Below are positions 31,819-41,681 of a DNA stretch of 64,000 nt, piece after piece. A model generated the notes under the pieces. It saw nothing but the letters and a program-made list of their open reading frames with translations. It was not told where the DNA came from and did not search any database. The number at the start of each line of letters is the position of its first letter. The first letter of the stretch is position 1. The stretch is from an uncultured Clostridia bacterium (GTDB lineage Bacteria; Bacillota; Clostridia; TANB77; CAG-508): assembly GCA_947631185.1 (NCBI GenBank), contig CANRKJ010000008.1, positions 514 to 64,513 of the forward strand, written 5' to 3'. The translations under genes were made by a program, and so were the position numbers.

Positions 31819-32937
31819 ATGTATTATGAAAATAAAAAAGAAAAAAAGATAGGAATAATTATCATTTCAATTTTTTTGGTATTTATAGTTTTGTTGTTGC
31901 TTAATTTAACTATTAAGACTGATGGAAATTTAAATTCTAATTATGAAGCAACTAAAACAGCTATAGAAGTAGAAGAAAATAATGAAATGATTGATATAGA
32001 AAATGTTATAAAAAAAGCAACTTCATGTGTTGTAGGTATTTCAAAATTAGAACAGAATGGAACTTCAATTTTTTTAAACAATAGTACAAGTGCTTTAGGT
32101 TTAGGGAGTGGAGTAATAATATCTGAAAATGGATATATTTTAACAAACGAGCATGTTTCAGGAGAAAAATATAGTAATTGTTATGTTACATTAGAAAATG
32201 GAAAAACATATAATGGATCTGTTGTTTGGTCAGATTCAAATATAGATTTATCAATATTGAAAATTGAAGCATATAAATTGGATTATATGAATTTAAGTGA
32301 TTCAGATAATATTTTTTTAGGACAAGATGTATATGCAATTGGTAATCCTGTAGGATTTGAGTTCCAAAGAACTGTTACCAAAGGTATTGTAAGTGGAATA
32401 GATAGAACTTTAAAAATAGAAGATTCAGAAAATCCAGAGAATAATGTTTATATGGAGGATTTAATACAAACAGATAGTACTATAAATGAAGGAAATAGTG
32501 GAGGCCCACTTATAAATGAAGAAGGAAAGATAATAGGAATAAATTCTGTAAAACTTACATCTGCAGAAGGAATGGGATTTGCAGTTCCAATTAATATAGT
32601 AAAACCAATACTTGAGAAATTCCTTCAAAATGGAGAATATAAAGAAGCTTATTTAGGATTATATGGATATGATAAAGAAGTTATTCCATATTTAGAAGAT
32701 GATATTAATATAGAAACTGGAATATATATTGCAAAAGTTGTGGTAGATGGCCCTTTGTATGGTAATAATATACAAGAAGGAGATATTGTTTGGAAAATAG
32801 ATGATTATGAGTTAAGTAAGATGAGTGAACTGAAAAGATATATATATCAAAAAAGTCCAGGTGATACAGTAAAACTTTATTTAAGAAGGGGAAATAATGA
32901 GTTTAATATAGATGTTAAATTATCTGAAAAAAATTAG
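31819..32937 (+). CDS. HtrA/DegP-like S1C serine protease with a PDZ domain, membrane anchored
   Basis: N-terminal TM. LTNEHV, DLSILKI and GNSGGPL catalytic triad context. C-terminal PDZ-like region. Confidence 0.85.
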   Translation: MYYENKKEKKIGIIIISIFLVFIVLLLLNLTIKTDGNLNSNYEATKTAIEVEENNEMIDIENVIKKATSCVVGISKLEQNGTSIFLNNSTSALGLGSGVIISENGYILTNEHVSGEKYSNCYVTLENGKTYNGSVVWSDSNIDLSILKIEAYKLDYMNLSDSDNIFLGQDVYAIGNPVGFEFQRTVTKGIVSGIDRTLKIEDSENPENNVYMEDLIQTDSTINEGNSGGPLINEEGKIIGINSVKLTSAEGMGFAVPINIVKPILEKFLQNGEYKEAYLGLYGYDKEVIPYLEDDINIETGIYIAKVVVDGPLYGNNIQEGDIVWKIDDYELSKMSELKRYIYQKSPGDTVKLYLRRGNNEFNIDVKLSEKN

Positions 32938-33122
32938 TTAAATTGAATAATTAGTACTTGAAATTGATAGTAATAGATGATATAATCTACTAAAATTAAT
33001 AAGAGTTTACAAAAGATACAATTCCTGATGTGGAACTGTATCTTTTTTCATTATTAATATAAATGCTTCACTAAGATTAATAAATTTAGTTATAAATAAC
33101 AAAAATTTGAGGAGATTTTTTG

Positions 33123-35579
33123 ATGGATGAATTGGATTTAAAAGAAGTTTTTCAAGTCTTTTGGACAAAAAAAATTCAAATATTAATTATTATTGTTGTA
33201 TCTTTGTTAATTGGTGGAATATATACTTATAATTATGTTACACCAATATATAAAGCTTCTACAACTCTTATATTAGGTAGAATTAATTCTTCAGAAGATA
33301 ATAATGATTTACCTAATAATAATCAGGATAAAGAGATTACACAATCTGATATTTCAATAAATTCAAGTTTAGTTTCTACTTATAGCGAACTTATTAAGAG
33401 CGAATCATTAATAAAAGAAGTAAAAAGCAATTTAAATATAGAAATGTCTGAACTTGAACTTAGGAAAAGTATTTCAGTAAGTAGAGTATCAGATACAGAA
33501 CTTATTGAAATTACTGTTGTAAATAAAGATTCAAAAATTGTTAGTGAAGTTGCTAATGAAATAGCTAAAGTATTTGGAAATAAGGTTGAAGAAATTTATA
33601 AAATTAGTAATGTTTATATAATCGATAAAGCCATTCCACAAACATCTCCTTATAATATAAATCATGTTAAAGATTTTATTATATTTGGTTTTATAGGAAT
33701 ATTTATTTCCGCAATATATGTTTTATTATATTATTTTCTAGATACAACAATAAAATCTACAAATGATATAGAAAAAACTACAAATTTAAAAAACTTGATT
33801 AGTATTCCGTATATTAAGTCTAATAAAGCAGAACTTATTACATATCAAGATAGTAAATCTATTGTTTCAGAAGCTTTTAGAACACTTAGAACGAATGTAC
33901 AATTCTCAAGTATAAATGAGAAGAAATCTAAAACAATACTAGTTACAAGTTGTTTTCAATCAGAAGGGAAAAGTTATATTTCAGCAAATTTAGCTATTAC
34001 TTTTGCTCAAGCTGGGAAAAAGGTTATATTGATTGATTCAGATATGAGAAGAGGTAGGCAAGCTAAGATTTTTAATTTCCCAAATGAAATTGGACTTTCA
34101 AATTATATTTCAAATATTGATGTAAATGGAATAGAAATTAATTATGATATAACCAAATATATAAAAGAAACAGGAATAACAAATTTAAATATTATTACAT
34201 CTGGAAATATACCACCAAATCCATCAGAATTGTTAACTTCACCAAAAGTACCAGAACTTATTCGTCAATTACAGGAATTTTATGATATTATTATATTTGA
34301 TGGAGCTCCAGTTTTACCAATTACTGATTCTTTAATTTTAACAAGACTAATAGATTCAACTATTTTAGTAGCCAGATATAATAAAACTAAAAAGAATGAT
34401 ATGGCTAAAGCAAAATTGAATTTGGAAAATGTTGGTGGAAAAATAATTGGAACATGCTTAAATGCTGTAAACATTAATTCAAATTTTGGTGATTTAAATT
34501 ATTATTATAGTGAAAAGAGTAAAATAACTATAAAAGATAGAATAAAACAATGTTTTAAAAATATTAAACAATGTATAAAAAAACTAAGAAAATTGAAAAA
34601 AATCAATAAAAATAGAAAAATCAAAATTATTGAGGAAGTAAATAATATACAAGTTAAACATGATTTAATAAGTAATAATTCTGAGATTAGTAGTAATACA
34701 GAAGATAATAATATTATTGTTGATGAAAGTAAAGAAAAGCATGAAGTAGATTTAAGAAAACATAAAGAGAAAAAGAAGAAAAAAGAAAGAATAGAAGCAG
34801 AGTTAAGAAAACAGGAAGAAGAAAAAAGAGAAAAAGAAAGAATTGAAGCAGAGCTAAGAAAACAGGAAGAAGAAAAAAGAGAAAAAGAAAGAATCGAAGC
34901 AGAGCTAAGAAAGCAGGAAGAAGAAAAAAGAGAAAAAGAAAGAATCGAAGCAGAGCTAAGAAAACAGGAAGAAGAAAAAAGAGAAAAAGAAAGAATCGAA
35001 GCAGAGCTAAGAAAACAGGAAGAAGAAAAAAGAGAAAAAGAAAGAATCGAAGCAGAGCTAAGAAAGCAGGAAGAAGAAAGAAAAGAACAAGAAAGACTTG
35101 AAGCAGAGTTAAGAAAGCAGGAAGAAGAAAAAAGAGAAAAAGAAAAAATTGAAACAGAGTTAAAAAATCAAGAAAAAGGGAAAGAACTTGTAGTAGTAGA
35201 GAGCAAATCAAATAAGAAAAAAAAGTTAAAAAAATTAAATGTAACTAAATTAAAAAGAAAAAATGATTTAACAAACACAGAAAAAAATCTAGATAAAAAA
35301 AGATATGAAAAAGAAATAAGAATAAAAGAAAGAAAACAAAAAATTGCTACAAAGTTTGCTAAATTTAAAGAAAAGGCAGAAAATATAAAAACAAAAATTG
35401 AAAAAAATAAAGAAGAAAAACAGATTAAAAAAGCTGAAAAGAAAATTAAAGTTATGGAAGAGCAAGCTAAACATATAAAACAAAAAAATGAAGAAAATAA
35501 AAGCAAAATGTTTGGTAAAAAAATGTTTGATTTTGAAGAGGATGATTTTGAAGATAATTTATCAAATGAAAAAAGATAA
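33123..35579 (+). CDS. Wzz (chain-length determinant) / BY-type tyrosine kinase fusion with a roughly 330-aa K/E-rich repeat tail
   Basis: Wzz-like N-terminus with 2 TM segments. CpsD/CapB-like P-loop SCFQSEGKSYISANLA and DSDMRRG. Short Tyr cluster DLNYYYSE, then eight 17-aa repeats and a further K/E-rich sequence. Confidence 0.8.
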   Translation: MDELDLKEVFQVFWTKKIQILIIIVVSLLIGGIYTYNYVTPIYKASTTLILGRINSSEDNNDLPNNNQDKEITQSDISINSSLVSTYSELIKSESLIKEVKSNLNIEMSELELRKSISVSRVSDTELIEITVVNKDSKIVSEVANEIAKVFGNKVEEIYKISNVYIIDKAIPQTSPYNINHVKDFIIFGFIGIFISAIYVLLYYFLDTTIKSTNDIEKTTNLKNLISIPYIKSNKAELITYQDSKSIVSEAFRTLRTNVQFSSINEKKSKTILVTSCFQSEGKSYISANLAITFAQAGKKVILIDSDMRRGRQAKIFNFPNEIGLSNYISNIDVNGIEINYDITKYIKETGITNLNIITSGNIPPNPSELLTSPKVPELIRQLQEFYDIIIFDGAPVLPITDSLILTRLIDSTILVARYNKTKKNDMAKAKLNLENVGGKIIGTCLNAVNINSNFGDLNYYYSEKSKITIKDRIKQCFKNIKQCIKKLRKLKKINKNRKIKIIEEVNNIQVKHDLISNNSEISSNTEDNNIIVDESKEKHEVDLRKHKEKKKKKERIEAELRKQEEEKREKERIEAELRKQEEEKREKERIEAELRKQEEEKREKERIEAELRKQEEEKREKERIEAELRKQEEEKREKERIEAELRKQEEERKEQERLEAELRKQEEEKREKEKIETELKNQEKGKELVVVESKSNKKKKLKKLNVTKLKRKNDLTNTEKNLDKKRYEKEIRIKERKQKIATKFAKFKEKAENIKTKIEKNKEEKQIKKAEKKIKVMEEQAKHIKQKNEENKSKMFGKKMFDFEEDDFEDNLSNEKR
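34785..35180 (+). repeat. in-frame 51-bp tandem repeat (7 good copies plus 1 degenerate) encoding ERIEAELRKQEEEKREK
   Basis: Unit starts at 34785, 34836, 34887, 34938, 34989, 35040, 35091 and 35142. Confidence 0.9.
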
Positions 35580-35609
35580 AATTCAAAGATATTTAAAAAT
35601 TTAAATTAT

Positions 35610-35648
35610 AAAATCATAACCACTGGTTTAACCAGTGGTTATGATTTT
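35610..35648. terminator. bidirectional terminator between convergent genes
   Basis: AAAATCATAACCACTGGTT-TA-AACCAGTGGTTATGATTTT long perfect palindrome with A/T runs. Confidence 0.8.
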
Positions 35649-35664
35649 ATAAAAAAATAATTTG

Positions 35665-36831
35665 TTATTCTTTTTCTGGTTCATCTACTAATTTACCACA
35701 AACAAGTAATCTTTGATTATTTAAACCATGGCAAGTATATAATGTAATGATTTTATCTTTATCTGATAATTGTACATTGAAGTCATGATAGCTTAAATCT
35801 CTTAATGTACCTAAATAAACCATAAAATCTTCTTTTGAATTAAAATCAGTTTGCATATAATTAACAGATTCTTCTCCACCACATATGAAAATAGAAAATA
35901 TTTCATATAAATGACTATCTTTTAAGCTAGAATAATTAATATAATAATTTTTTGAATCAGCTAACCATTCATCAGTTAGAGTATTTTCTAGTGTTCCAAA
36001 CATATTATTATTTAATCTATTATGTCCATAAATTATTAAATTTTGATCTGTATCATCACATTTATTTCTATAATCTGCATATATCCAGCCAGCGGCATTA
36101 TAGGATTTATCAAAAGCATGTTTTAAATAAAAGTCATTATCAGTACTTTTTACAACAGAATAATTAATTTCTGTATTTGGTACTGTAACCCAGCCCACAG
36201 TATCTGGATTTTGATTTAATAATTCAGTAAAATCGAATTTCTTCTTTTCAATTTTTAAATTTTCATTTATTTGAACAATTTCTGTTTTTTCAATTGGAGT
36301 ATTATCAGCTACTTCTTCTATAAGTTTTTTATTGTCGATATTATTTTTTTGCCATATGATAATATTAACTGTAGAATAAATAATTGAAATTAAGCAAACT
36401 GCGATGATTAAGTCATATAAAAAATTCGTTTTCTTATGTTTTTTTGGTTTCTCTTTTTTAGTTTTAATAGATTTTTCAGATTCAGGCTTTTTAGTTTTAT
36501 GTATTATAGTATTAATATCAAAATTATCATTTGCTAGGTTTGAAGAGTTTTCTTTAAGTTCATTTAGCCTGTTTTCTAAAGAAGAAATATCAACACCTTG
36601 AATTACAATATTTTTTTCCTTATCAGTAATACTATTAAATTTTAAGTTTGAATTTTTTATATCTTTATTATTTGTTCTACTTGTATTATTTTGTTTTGTT
36701 GATTTTGTATTTGAATTTATTCTTTTATTTCTTTTTTGGGTCTGATTAGAAGAAGTATTTTTTGTATTTGTTTTTTTATTTTGTTCACTATCTATTTTTT
36801 TAGATATAGTTTTTTCATTTGTTTTTCTCAT
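35665..36831 (-). CDS. class B sortase with a long N/K/S/T-rich N-terminal region and a TM anchor
   Basis: DNDFYLKHAFD, IIYGHNRLNNNMFG and ITLYTCHG (TLxTC-type active-site Cys) motifs. ATG 36831 follows GGTGG. Confidence 0.75.
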   Translation of the reverse strand: MRKTNEKTISKKIDSEQNKKTNTKNTSSNQTQKRNKRINSNTKSTKQNNTSRTNNKDIKNSNLKFNSITDKEKNIVIQGVDISSLENRLNELKENSSNLANDNFDINTIIHKTKKPESEKSIKTKKEKPKKHKKTNFLYDLIIAVCLISIIYSTVNIIIWQKNNIDNKKLIEEVADNTPIEKTEIVQINENLKIEKKKFDFTELLNQNPDTVGWVTVPNTEINYSVVKSTDNDFYLKHAFDKSYNAAGWIYADYRNKCDDTDQNLIIYGHNRLNNNMFGTLENTLTDEWLADSKNYYINYSSLKDSHLYEIFSIFICGGEESVNYMQTDFNSKEDFMVYLGTLRDLSYHDFNVQLSDKDKIITLYTCHGLNNQRLLVCGKLVDEPEKE

Positions 36832-37007
36832 AATTACCACCAAATATACTATACTTCAAAATTTATTTTTTATCAACATTATTATAAAAAAATTTTAAAT
36901 TAATAAAATATCATAAAAATAGAATAAATCATTAAATCTAGTTGATATAATTAATATAAGAATATATAATCATAATGTAAAAATTAAATATAGTATGGGA
37001 GGTATTA

Positions 37008-37664
37008 ATGGGAGAGAAAGAAAATGAGAAATCAATAAAAAGTGGTAAAAAAATTATAATAGTATTTATACTAATTGCTATTATATTTGCAAGTTTTGGA
37101 TTTTATTTAGTATATAGATTTGTAACTGATATACCTACTGAAACTAAAGAATATTCTAAAATTGTTGCAACAGATGAAGATAAAACAGGTACATATGTAA
37201 AATTAGATTTAATAAACTATATGGAATTTTCAAAAAAAGATGAAGGTATTGACGGATTTTACTTAGTACAAGATGAAGAAGGATTTTATTATATAGTAAA
37301 ATTATCGTCAAAAACCCAGAAAGCTCTTGAAGATGAATACGAAGTAGAAAAAAATGATTTTAGTTATGAATTAAAAGGCTATCTAATAAACTTACCTGAA
37401 GATGTAAAAAAATTAGCAGTAGATTCATTAAATAAAATTTTTAAAGGATATTCAGAAGAGTCTGATAAAGAAGCAGATGTTGTTTCAACAGAAAATTTAT
37501 ATAGATATGTGGGATATAATTATTTAGATGATTCAGAGCTTCCAAATTCATCTATGTATATTGGAGGTTTTATATTATTATTTATATTATCAATTATATT
37601 TGTAATTTTAGCTATAGTTTATAGAATACAAAATTTATCTACAAAAATGCAAAAAAACAGTTGA
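37008..37664 (+). CDS. hypothetical membrane protein (TM at both termini)
   Basis: ATG after GGAGG. N- and C-terminal hydrophobic helices. No family recognised. Confidence 0.5.
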   Translation: MGEKENEKSIKSGKKIIIVFILIAIIFASFGFYLVYRFVTDIPTETKEYSKIVATDEDKTGTYVKLDLINYMEFSKKDEGIDGFYLVQDEEGFYYIVKLSSKTQKALEDEYEVEKNDFSYELKGYLINLPEDVKKLAVDSLNKIFKGYSEESDKEADVVSTENLYRYVGYNYLDDSELPNSSMYIGGFILLFILSIIFVILAIVYRIQNLSTKMQKNS

Positions 37665-37730
37665 ATTTTAGTAAAAAATAATATAAAATGTAAAAAAAAA
37701 ATACATTAAGATAATTATGGAGGAATAAAA

Positions 37731-38249
37731 ATGGATTTAAAAGATGTATTTGATAAAAGATTCTCTGTTAGAAGATATACTGATGAAAAAGTAGATAGAA
37801 GTTTAATAAATCAGATTTTAGATGCTGGTAGAATATGCCCTACAGCTGCAAATCAACAACCTCAAAGATTTTATGTTTTAGAAAGTGACAGAGCTTTAGA
37901 TAAATTAGACAATGTTACTAGAATGAGATTTGGAGCTCCAGTAGTTATATTAGTTTGTTGTGATATGAATGAAGTTTGGTATAATGGTATGGAAGAAGGA
38001 TATAATACTTCAGAAATGGATTGTTCAATTTCAACAACATATATGATGTTAAAAGCTACAGATTTAGGATTAGGTACAGTTTGGGTTAGAGCTTTTAATA
38101 GTGAAGAAGTACAAAAAGAATTTAGATTACCAAAAAATATAAAACCAGTTTGTATGATGGCATTAGGTTATAAATCAGAACAAAATGATCCACATAATGC
38201 AGCTCATCTTACAAGAAATAAATTAAATAAAATTGCAAAATATTTATAA
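37731..38249 (+). CDS. nitroreductase-family oxidoreductase
   Basis: RFSVRRYTDEKV ... CPTAANQQPQRFYVL ... typical nitroreductase fold signatures. 172 aa. Confidence 0.8.
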   Translation: MDLKDVFDKRFSVRRYTDEKVDRSLINQILDAGRICPTAANQQPQRFYVLESDRALDKLDNVTRMRFGAPVVILVCCDMNEVWYNGMEEGYNTSEMDCSISTTYMMLKATDLGLGTVWVRAFNSEEVQKEFRLPKNIKPVCMMALGYKSEQNDPHNAAHLTRNKLNKIAKYL

Positions 38250-38273
38250 AAATCAATAAAATAGTTTAATAAT

Positions 38274-38307
38274 GAAGAACCTTGTATTTTAATAAGGTTC
38301 TTTTTTT
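38274..38307 (+). terminator. rho-independent terminator after the nitroreductase gene
   Basis: GAACCTT / AAGGTTC stem followed by TTTTTTT. Confidence 0.65.
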
Positions 38308-38309
38308 AA

Positions 38310-38335
38310 TGTAGGGGCGCTCACCGGGCGCCCGC
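38310..38335 (+). repeat. G+C-rich palindromic element (same family as the 15.5-kb array)
   Basis: TGTAGGGGCGCTCACCGGGCGCCCGC. Confidence 0.85.
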
Positions 38336-38423
38336 GTGTGATTTTAACATATATTTCATATATTGATACACAATTTACAATATGAATTCGAAAAACAGGA
38401 TATTTGAAAAAAATTAATTCTTT

Positions 38424-38448
38424 CGGGCGTCCAATGAACGCCCCTACA
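38424..38448 (-). repeat. G+C-rich palindromic element, inverted orientation
   Basis: The reverse complement reads TGTAGGGGCGTTCATTGGACGCCCG. Confidence 0.8.
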
Positions 38449-38570
38449 TTATAAATACATGATAAATTTTATATTGTAAAAAATATGAATATAAGAATAA
38501 TAATGATGTATCAAATAAAAAATATGAAAACATAAAATTGAAAATATCGAATAATTTATTGTTTTATACC

Positions 38571-38596
38571 TGTAGGGGCGCTCATTGGGCGCTCGC
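38571..38596 (+). repeat. G+C-rich palindromic element
   Basis: TGTAGGGGCGCTCATTGGGCGCTCGC followed by AAAAA, as in the array units. Confidence 0.85.
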
Positions 38597-38818
38597 AAAA
38601 ATATTTATCAAATAATTATACGATTTACTTTATTATTAACATGTTGAAATTAATTTGACTTTATGCTAATATTTTACTGTAAAATCAACTATTTTGGTAA
38701 ATTTAAAATCAATTATTAATGAAAAATGTAAAAAATTATTAGTTTTAATATTAATAGTAAAAAATTAAGAATAAAAATAGATTTATAAAATTGATTATAA
38801 ACATATTGGAGGATAATA

Positions 38819-39121
38819 ATGTACTATACATACATGTTAAGATGTGCAGATAATTCAATATATACAGGTATGACAAACAATTTAGAAAAAAGAATTAATG
38901 AACATTCTCTAAAAGGAACCAAAGGAGCAAAATACACAAAATCACATAATGTAATAAAATTAGAAAAAGCATGGAAAAGTAAAGATAAATCCTTAGCATG
39001 CAAATTAGAATATCATATTAAACATCTTACAAAATCTCAAAAGGAAAATTTAATAAATGGCGAGAAACTAAGCAGTTTTTTAAAAGGAAAAGTAGATTGC
39101 AGAAGATATAAAAAAGTTTAG
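38819..39121 (+). CDS. GIY-YIG nuclease superfamily protein (UPF0213-like)
   Basis: YYTYMLRCADNSIYTGMTNNLEKRINEH matches the GIY...YIG...R...E pattern. 100 aa. Confidence 0.75.
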   Translation: MYYTYMLRCADNSIYTGMTNNLEKRINEHSLKGTKGAKYTKSHNVIKLEKAWKSKDKSLACKLEYHIKHLTKSQKENLINGEKLSSFLKGKVDCRRYKKV

Positions 39122-39217
39122 ATGCAATTTTAATTTTTATCAATTAATTAGATAAATACATATATATTTGTTATAGAAAATTTAATATAATTTAAATATT
39201 TGGAAAGGAGGCAGATT

Positions 39218-39910
39218 GTGGTATATAAATTTGAAGTGTATATATTATTATTTTTTATCTATGCTGTTGGAGGCTGGCTAATCGAAGTAGTAGGAAAATT
39301 AATTGAAAAAAGAAAATTCATAAACAGAGGATTTCTTATTGGACCATATTGTCCAATATATGGAACTGGTGCAATATTAATTACGTTATTATTACAAAAA
39401 TATATTAATGACCCAATTGCTTTATTTGTAATGGGTGTAATAATTTGTTCTATATTAGAGTATTTAACAAGTTATTTAATGGAAAAAATATTTCATGCAA
39501 GATGGTGGGATTATAGCAGGTATGCATTTAATATAAATGGAAGAATATGTTTAAATACGATGATTCCATTTGGATTATTAGGACTTTTTATAATGTATAT
39601 ATCAAATCCATTCTTTTTTAGTATAATTGAAAAATTGTCTGCAAATATGTTAAATATAGTATGTATTATATTAATGTTTATTTTTATTACTGATAATATT
39701 ATTTCATTTAGAATAATTAGTAATGTACATATAACAAGTAAAAATATAAAAGACAATACAGAAGAAATTACAGGAGAAATACTTGAAGAGTTAACAGAAA
39801 AAGTAAAAGAAATATTAGAGAAAAAATCTATATTACATAGAAGATTGATTCATGCTTTCCCAGAAATGAAAATGAGAATTAAGAAAAGAATAAAAAACAA
39901 ATTGGCTTAA
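39218..39910 (+). CDS. membrane protein of the 'putative ABC-transporter type IV' (PF06541-like) family
   Basis: GGWLIEV...FINRGFLIGPYCPIYG...EYLTSYLMEKIFHARWWDYS pattern. GTG 39218 lies 6 nt after AAGGAGG. Confidence 0.6.
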   Translation: MVYKFEVYILLFFIYAVGGWLIEVVGKLIEKRKFINRGFLIGPYCPIYGTGAILITLLLQKYINDPIALFVMGVIICSILEYLTSYLMEKIFHARWWDYSRYAFNINGRICLNTMIPFGLLGLFIMYISNPFFFSIIEKLSANMLNIVCIILMFIFITDNIISFRIISNVHITSKNIKDNTEEITGEILEELTEKVKEILEKKSILHRRLIHAFPEMKMRIKKRIKNKLA

Positions 39911-39929
39911 AGTGCCAATTTGTTTTTTA
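39895..39929 (+). terminator. rho-independent terminator overlapping the stop codon
   Basis: AACAAATTGGC / GCCAATTTGTT stem followed by TTTT. Confidence 0.7.
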
Positions 39930-40009
39930 TTAATTAGGAAAACCTACGAACCTTCCTTGTTTAGCCAACATATGCACAGAAAATTTCTTAGAAATTTTAG
40001 CACACGAAT

Positions 40010-40567
40010 TTATAATTTATCTGGTTTATTAAATAAACTAGCGAAAATTGATGTCTTTTTAGTATCAGCATCCATTATTGGATTAAATGATTCTTCAATT
40101 GTACATTTATCATCACTTGTATTACTTGTTGTTAAAATTGTTGAATTTTTATTTATATTATCATCAATTATATTATTAGAATTATTAATTATTGATAACA
40201 TTTTTCTTCTATCCCAATATGTAATATTATAAGAATTCAATAGTTTTATTATATTTGGATTGATTATAGAAGATACAACTAACACAATATTATGATAATG
40301 TAGTTTTGTGGCATTTTCATAAATTGAGGTCACATCAATATTTGAAATTTCTAATGAATTATTTTTTATAACAAATAATATATTTTCTCCTTGGGTATCT
40401 ACACCTCTAAATATATATCCATTAACAAATGAAGGAAATGTTTGAATATTAGAAAATTTCTTTAACATTGATATTTTATTAAATAAATATAGATTATTAC
40501 TATAATTTATATTACTTTTCTTAAATACAAAATATATTATTATAATAAAAATAATTAATTCAAACAT
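40010..40567 (-). CDS. hypothetical membrane-anchored protein (possibly a restriction-endonuclease-like fold; weak)
   Basis: N-terminal TM helix. The remainder has no firm motif. Preferred over the overlapping plus-strand ORF 39912..40232, which is low-complexity. Confidence 0.4.
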   Translation of the reverse strand: MFELIIFIIIIYFVFKKSNINYSNNLYLFNKISMLKKFSNIQTFPSFVNGYIFRGVDTQGENILFVIKNNSLEISNIDVTSIYENATKLHYHNIVLVVSSIINPNIIKLLNSYNITYWDRRKMLSIINNSNNIIDDNINKNSTILTTSNTSDDKCTIEESFNPIMDADTKKTSIFASLFNKPDKL

Positions 40568-40801
40568 ATTTATATTACCTACTTTCTAATTTATTTTTTA
40601 GTTTTATTTCTACTTTAGATTATATCACACTATGAATTTATGTCAAAGTGTGTTTTTTTTTATATAATTCAGTATTAATAAATAATAAAGTTGCTTTTTT
40701 CATGTATATTATAGTATAATATATATGCAGTCTTTTTGTTAATCCTCTTTTTCATCATATGGGTAGACAGAATGATTAGTAAAATTTTGGGAGGAATTGA
40801 G

Positions 40802-41215
40802 ATGAATAGAAATTACAATGAAAAGGCGAATTACTCTATAGTGCAGGATTTGTGGGAGTTATGTGAGATGAATGCAGAGAATGAGAGAAATTTGTTCGAA
40901 GTATTTCATCAAGAAGGAGAGGTATCCGTTTATGATAACCTTGATCCTTTTACAGGGTGCCCAGATGATCTGTCAACTGTTTTGACATTGAAAAGTGAAA
41001 CAGAGGTCAAAGAATATCTGAAGAAAGATTTCCTGACAAGCATAAAAGAGTATTTAGAATACAGAAAGCCGGATGGAGACTATTTGTTGAATGCTTTGAT
41101 TGAATTTATCAAAGAAAATAGGAAATTTCCTGAAAAAGATGTAATGAGGCAATTAGAAGAAAAAGCAGAAGCAAAAAGAATTACCAATTTATCAGCTGAC
41201 ACTAATGCTACTTAG
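40802..41215 (+). CDS. hypothetical protein, paralog A of the duplicated foreign cassette; ends at an in-frame TAG although homology continues to 41314
   Basis: ATG after GGGAGGA. About 60 percent identity by eye to the N-terminal part of ORF 41682..42521 (NERNLFEVFHQ.G.VSVY, TLKSETEVKEYLKKDF). Confidence 0.6.
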   Translation: MNRNYNEKANYSIVQDLWELCEMNAENERNLFEVFHQEGEVSVYDNLDPFTGCPDDLSTVLTLKSETEVKEYLKKDFLTSIKEYLEYRKPDGDYLLNALIEFIKENRKFPEKDVMRQLEEKAEAKRITNLSADTNAT

Positions 41216-41340
41216 AAAGAACTAACGGAGCAGGATGGAGTAAAGGAAATTCTTGAATTGGCTGAAGCAAAAAGTCTTAAATTTACTAATGAATTGATTA
41301 AGGAAAATTTCTAAATTTTGACTAACAGTAATTTCGCGTA

Positions 41341-41366
41341 AAAAGCAGTGTTTTCACTGCTTTTTG
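41341..41366 (+). terminator. rho-independent terminator of cassette copy A
   Basis: AGCAGTG-TTTT-CACTGCT followed by TTTTT. Confidence 0.8.
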
Positions 41367-41681
41367 TGTTTAACTTTAGAGTTCCCAACGGGTATATAAT
41401 GAAATAAAAGTAGAAAATATAAATTCAAAAAAATGAAGAAATACAAAAATTAGGATTTAAAGATTTGCAAGCTCATAATATAATGATTTAATAAATTGCA
41501 ATATAAAAAATTATGATATAAAAAATACGAAGATATTTAAATTTTTACATGTAAAATATAGGAGAAGAGTTTACTAATTATGTAAATTATGATATAATAT
41601 TGATGCAGTCTTTTTGTTCATCCTCTTTTGCATCATATGGGTAGACAGAAAGATTAGTAAAATTTTAGGAGGATTCAAAAA

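Noticed and set aside
34714-35506. Minus-strand ORFs 34714..35211, 35168..35506 and 35289..35483.
   Set aside because: They are Leu/Phe-rich antisense translations of the GAA/AAG-rich repeat tail of the BY-kinase gene.
39912-40232. Plus-strand ORF of 106 aa.
   Set aside because: It starts inside the terminator of the upstream gene, has a low-complexity product, and overlaps the minus-strand ORF 40010..40567, which has a TM anchor and a better context.
40736-40801. Upstream TTG start giving a 22-aa N-terminal extension to paralog A.
   Set aside because: The extension covers the conserved untranslated leader and the RBS. In paralog B the equivalent frame is closed by a stop at 41658, so ATG 40802 is the start.
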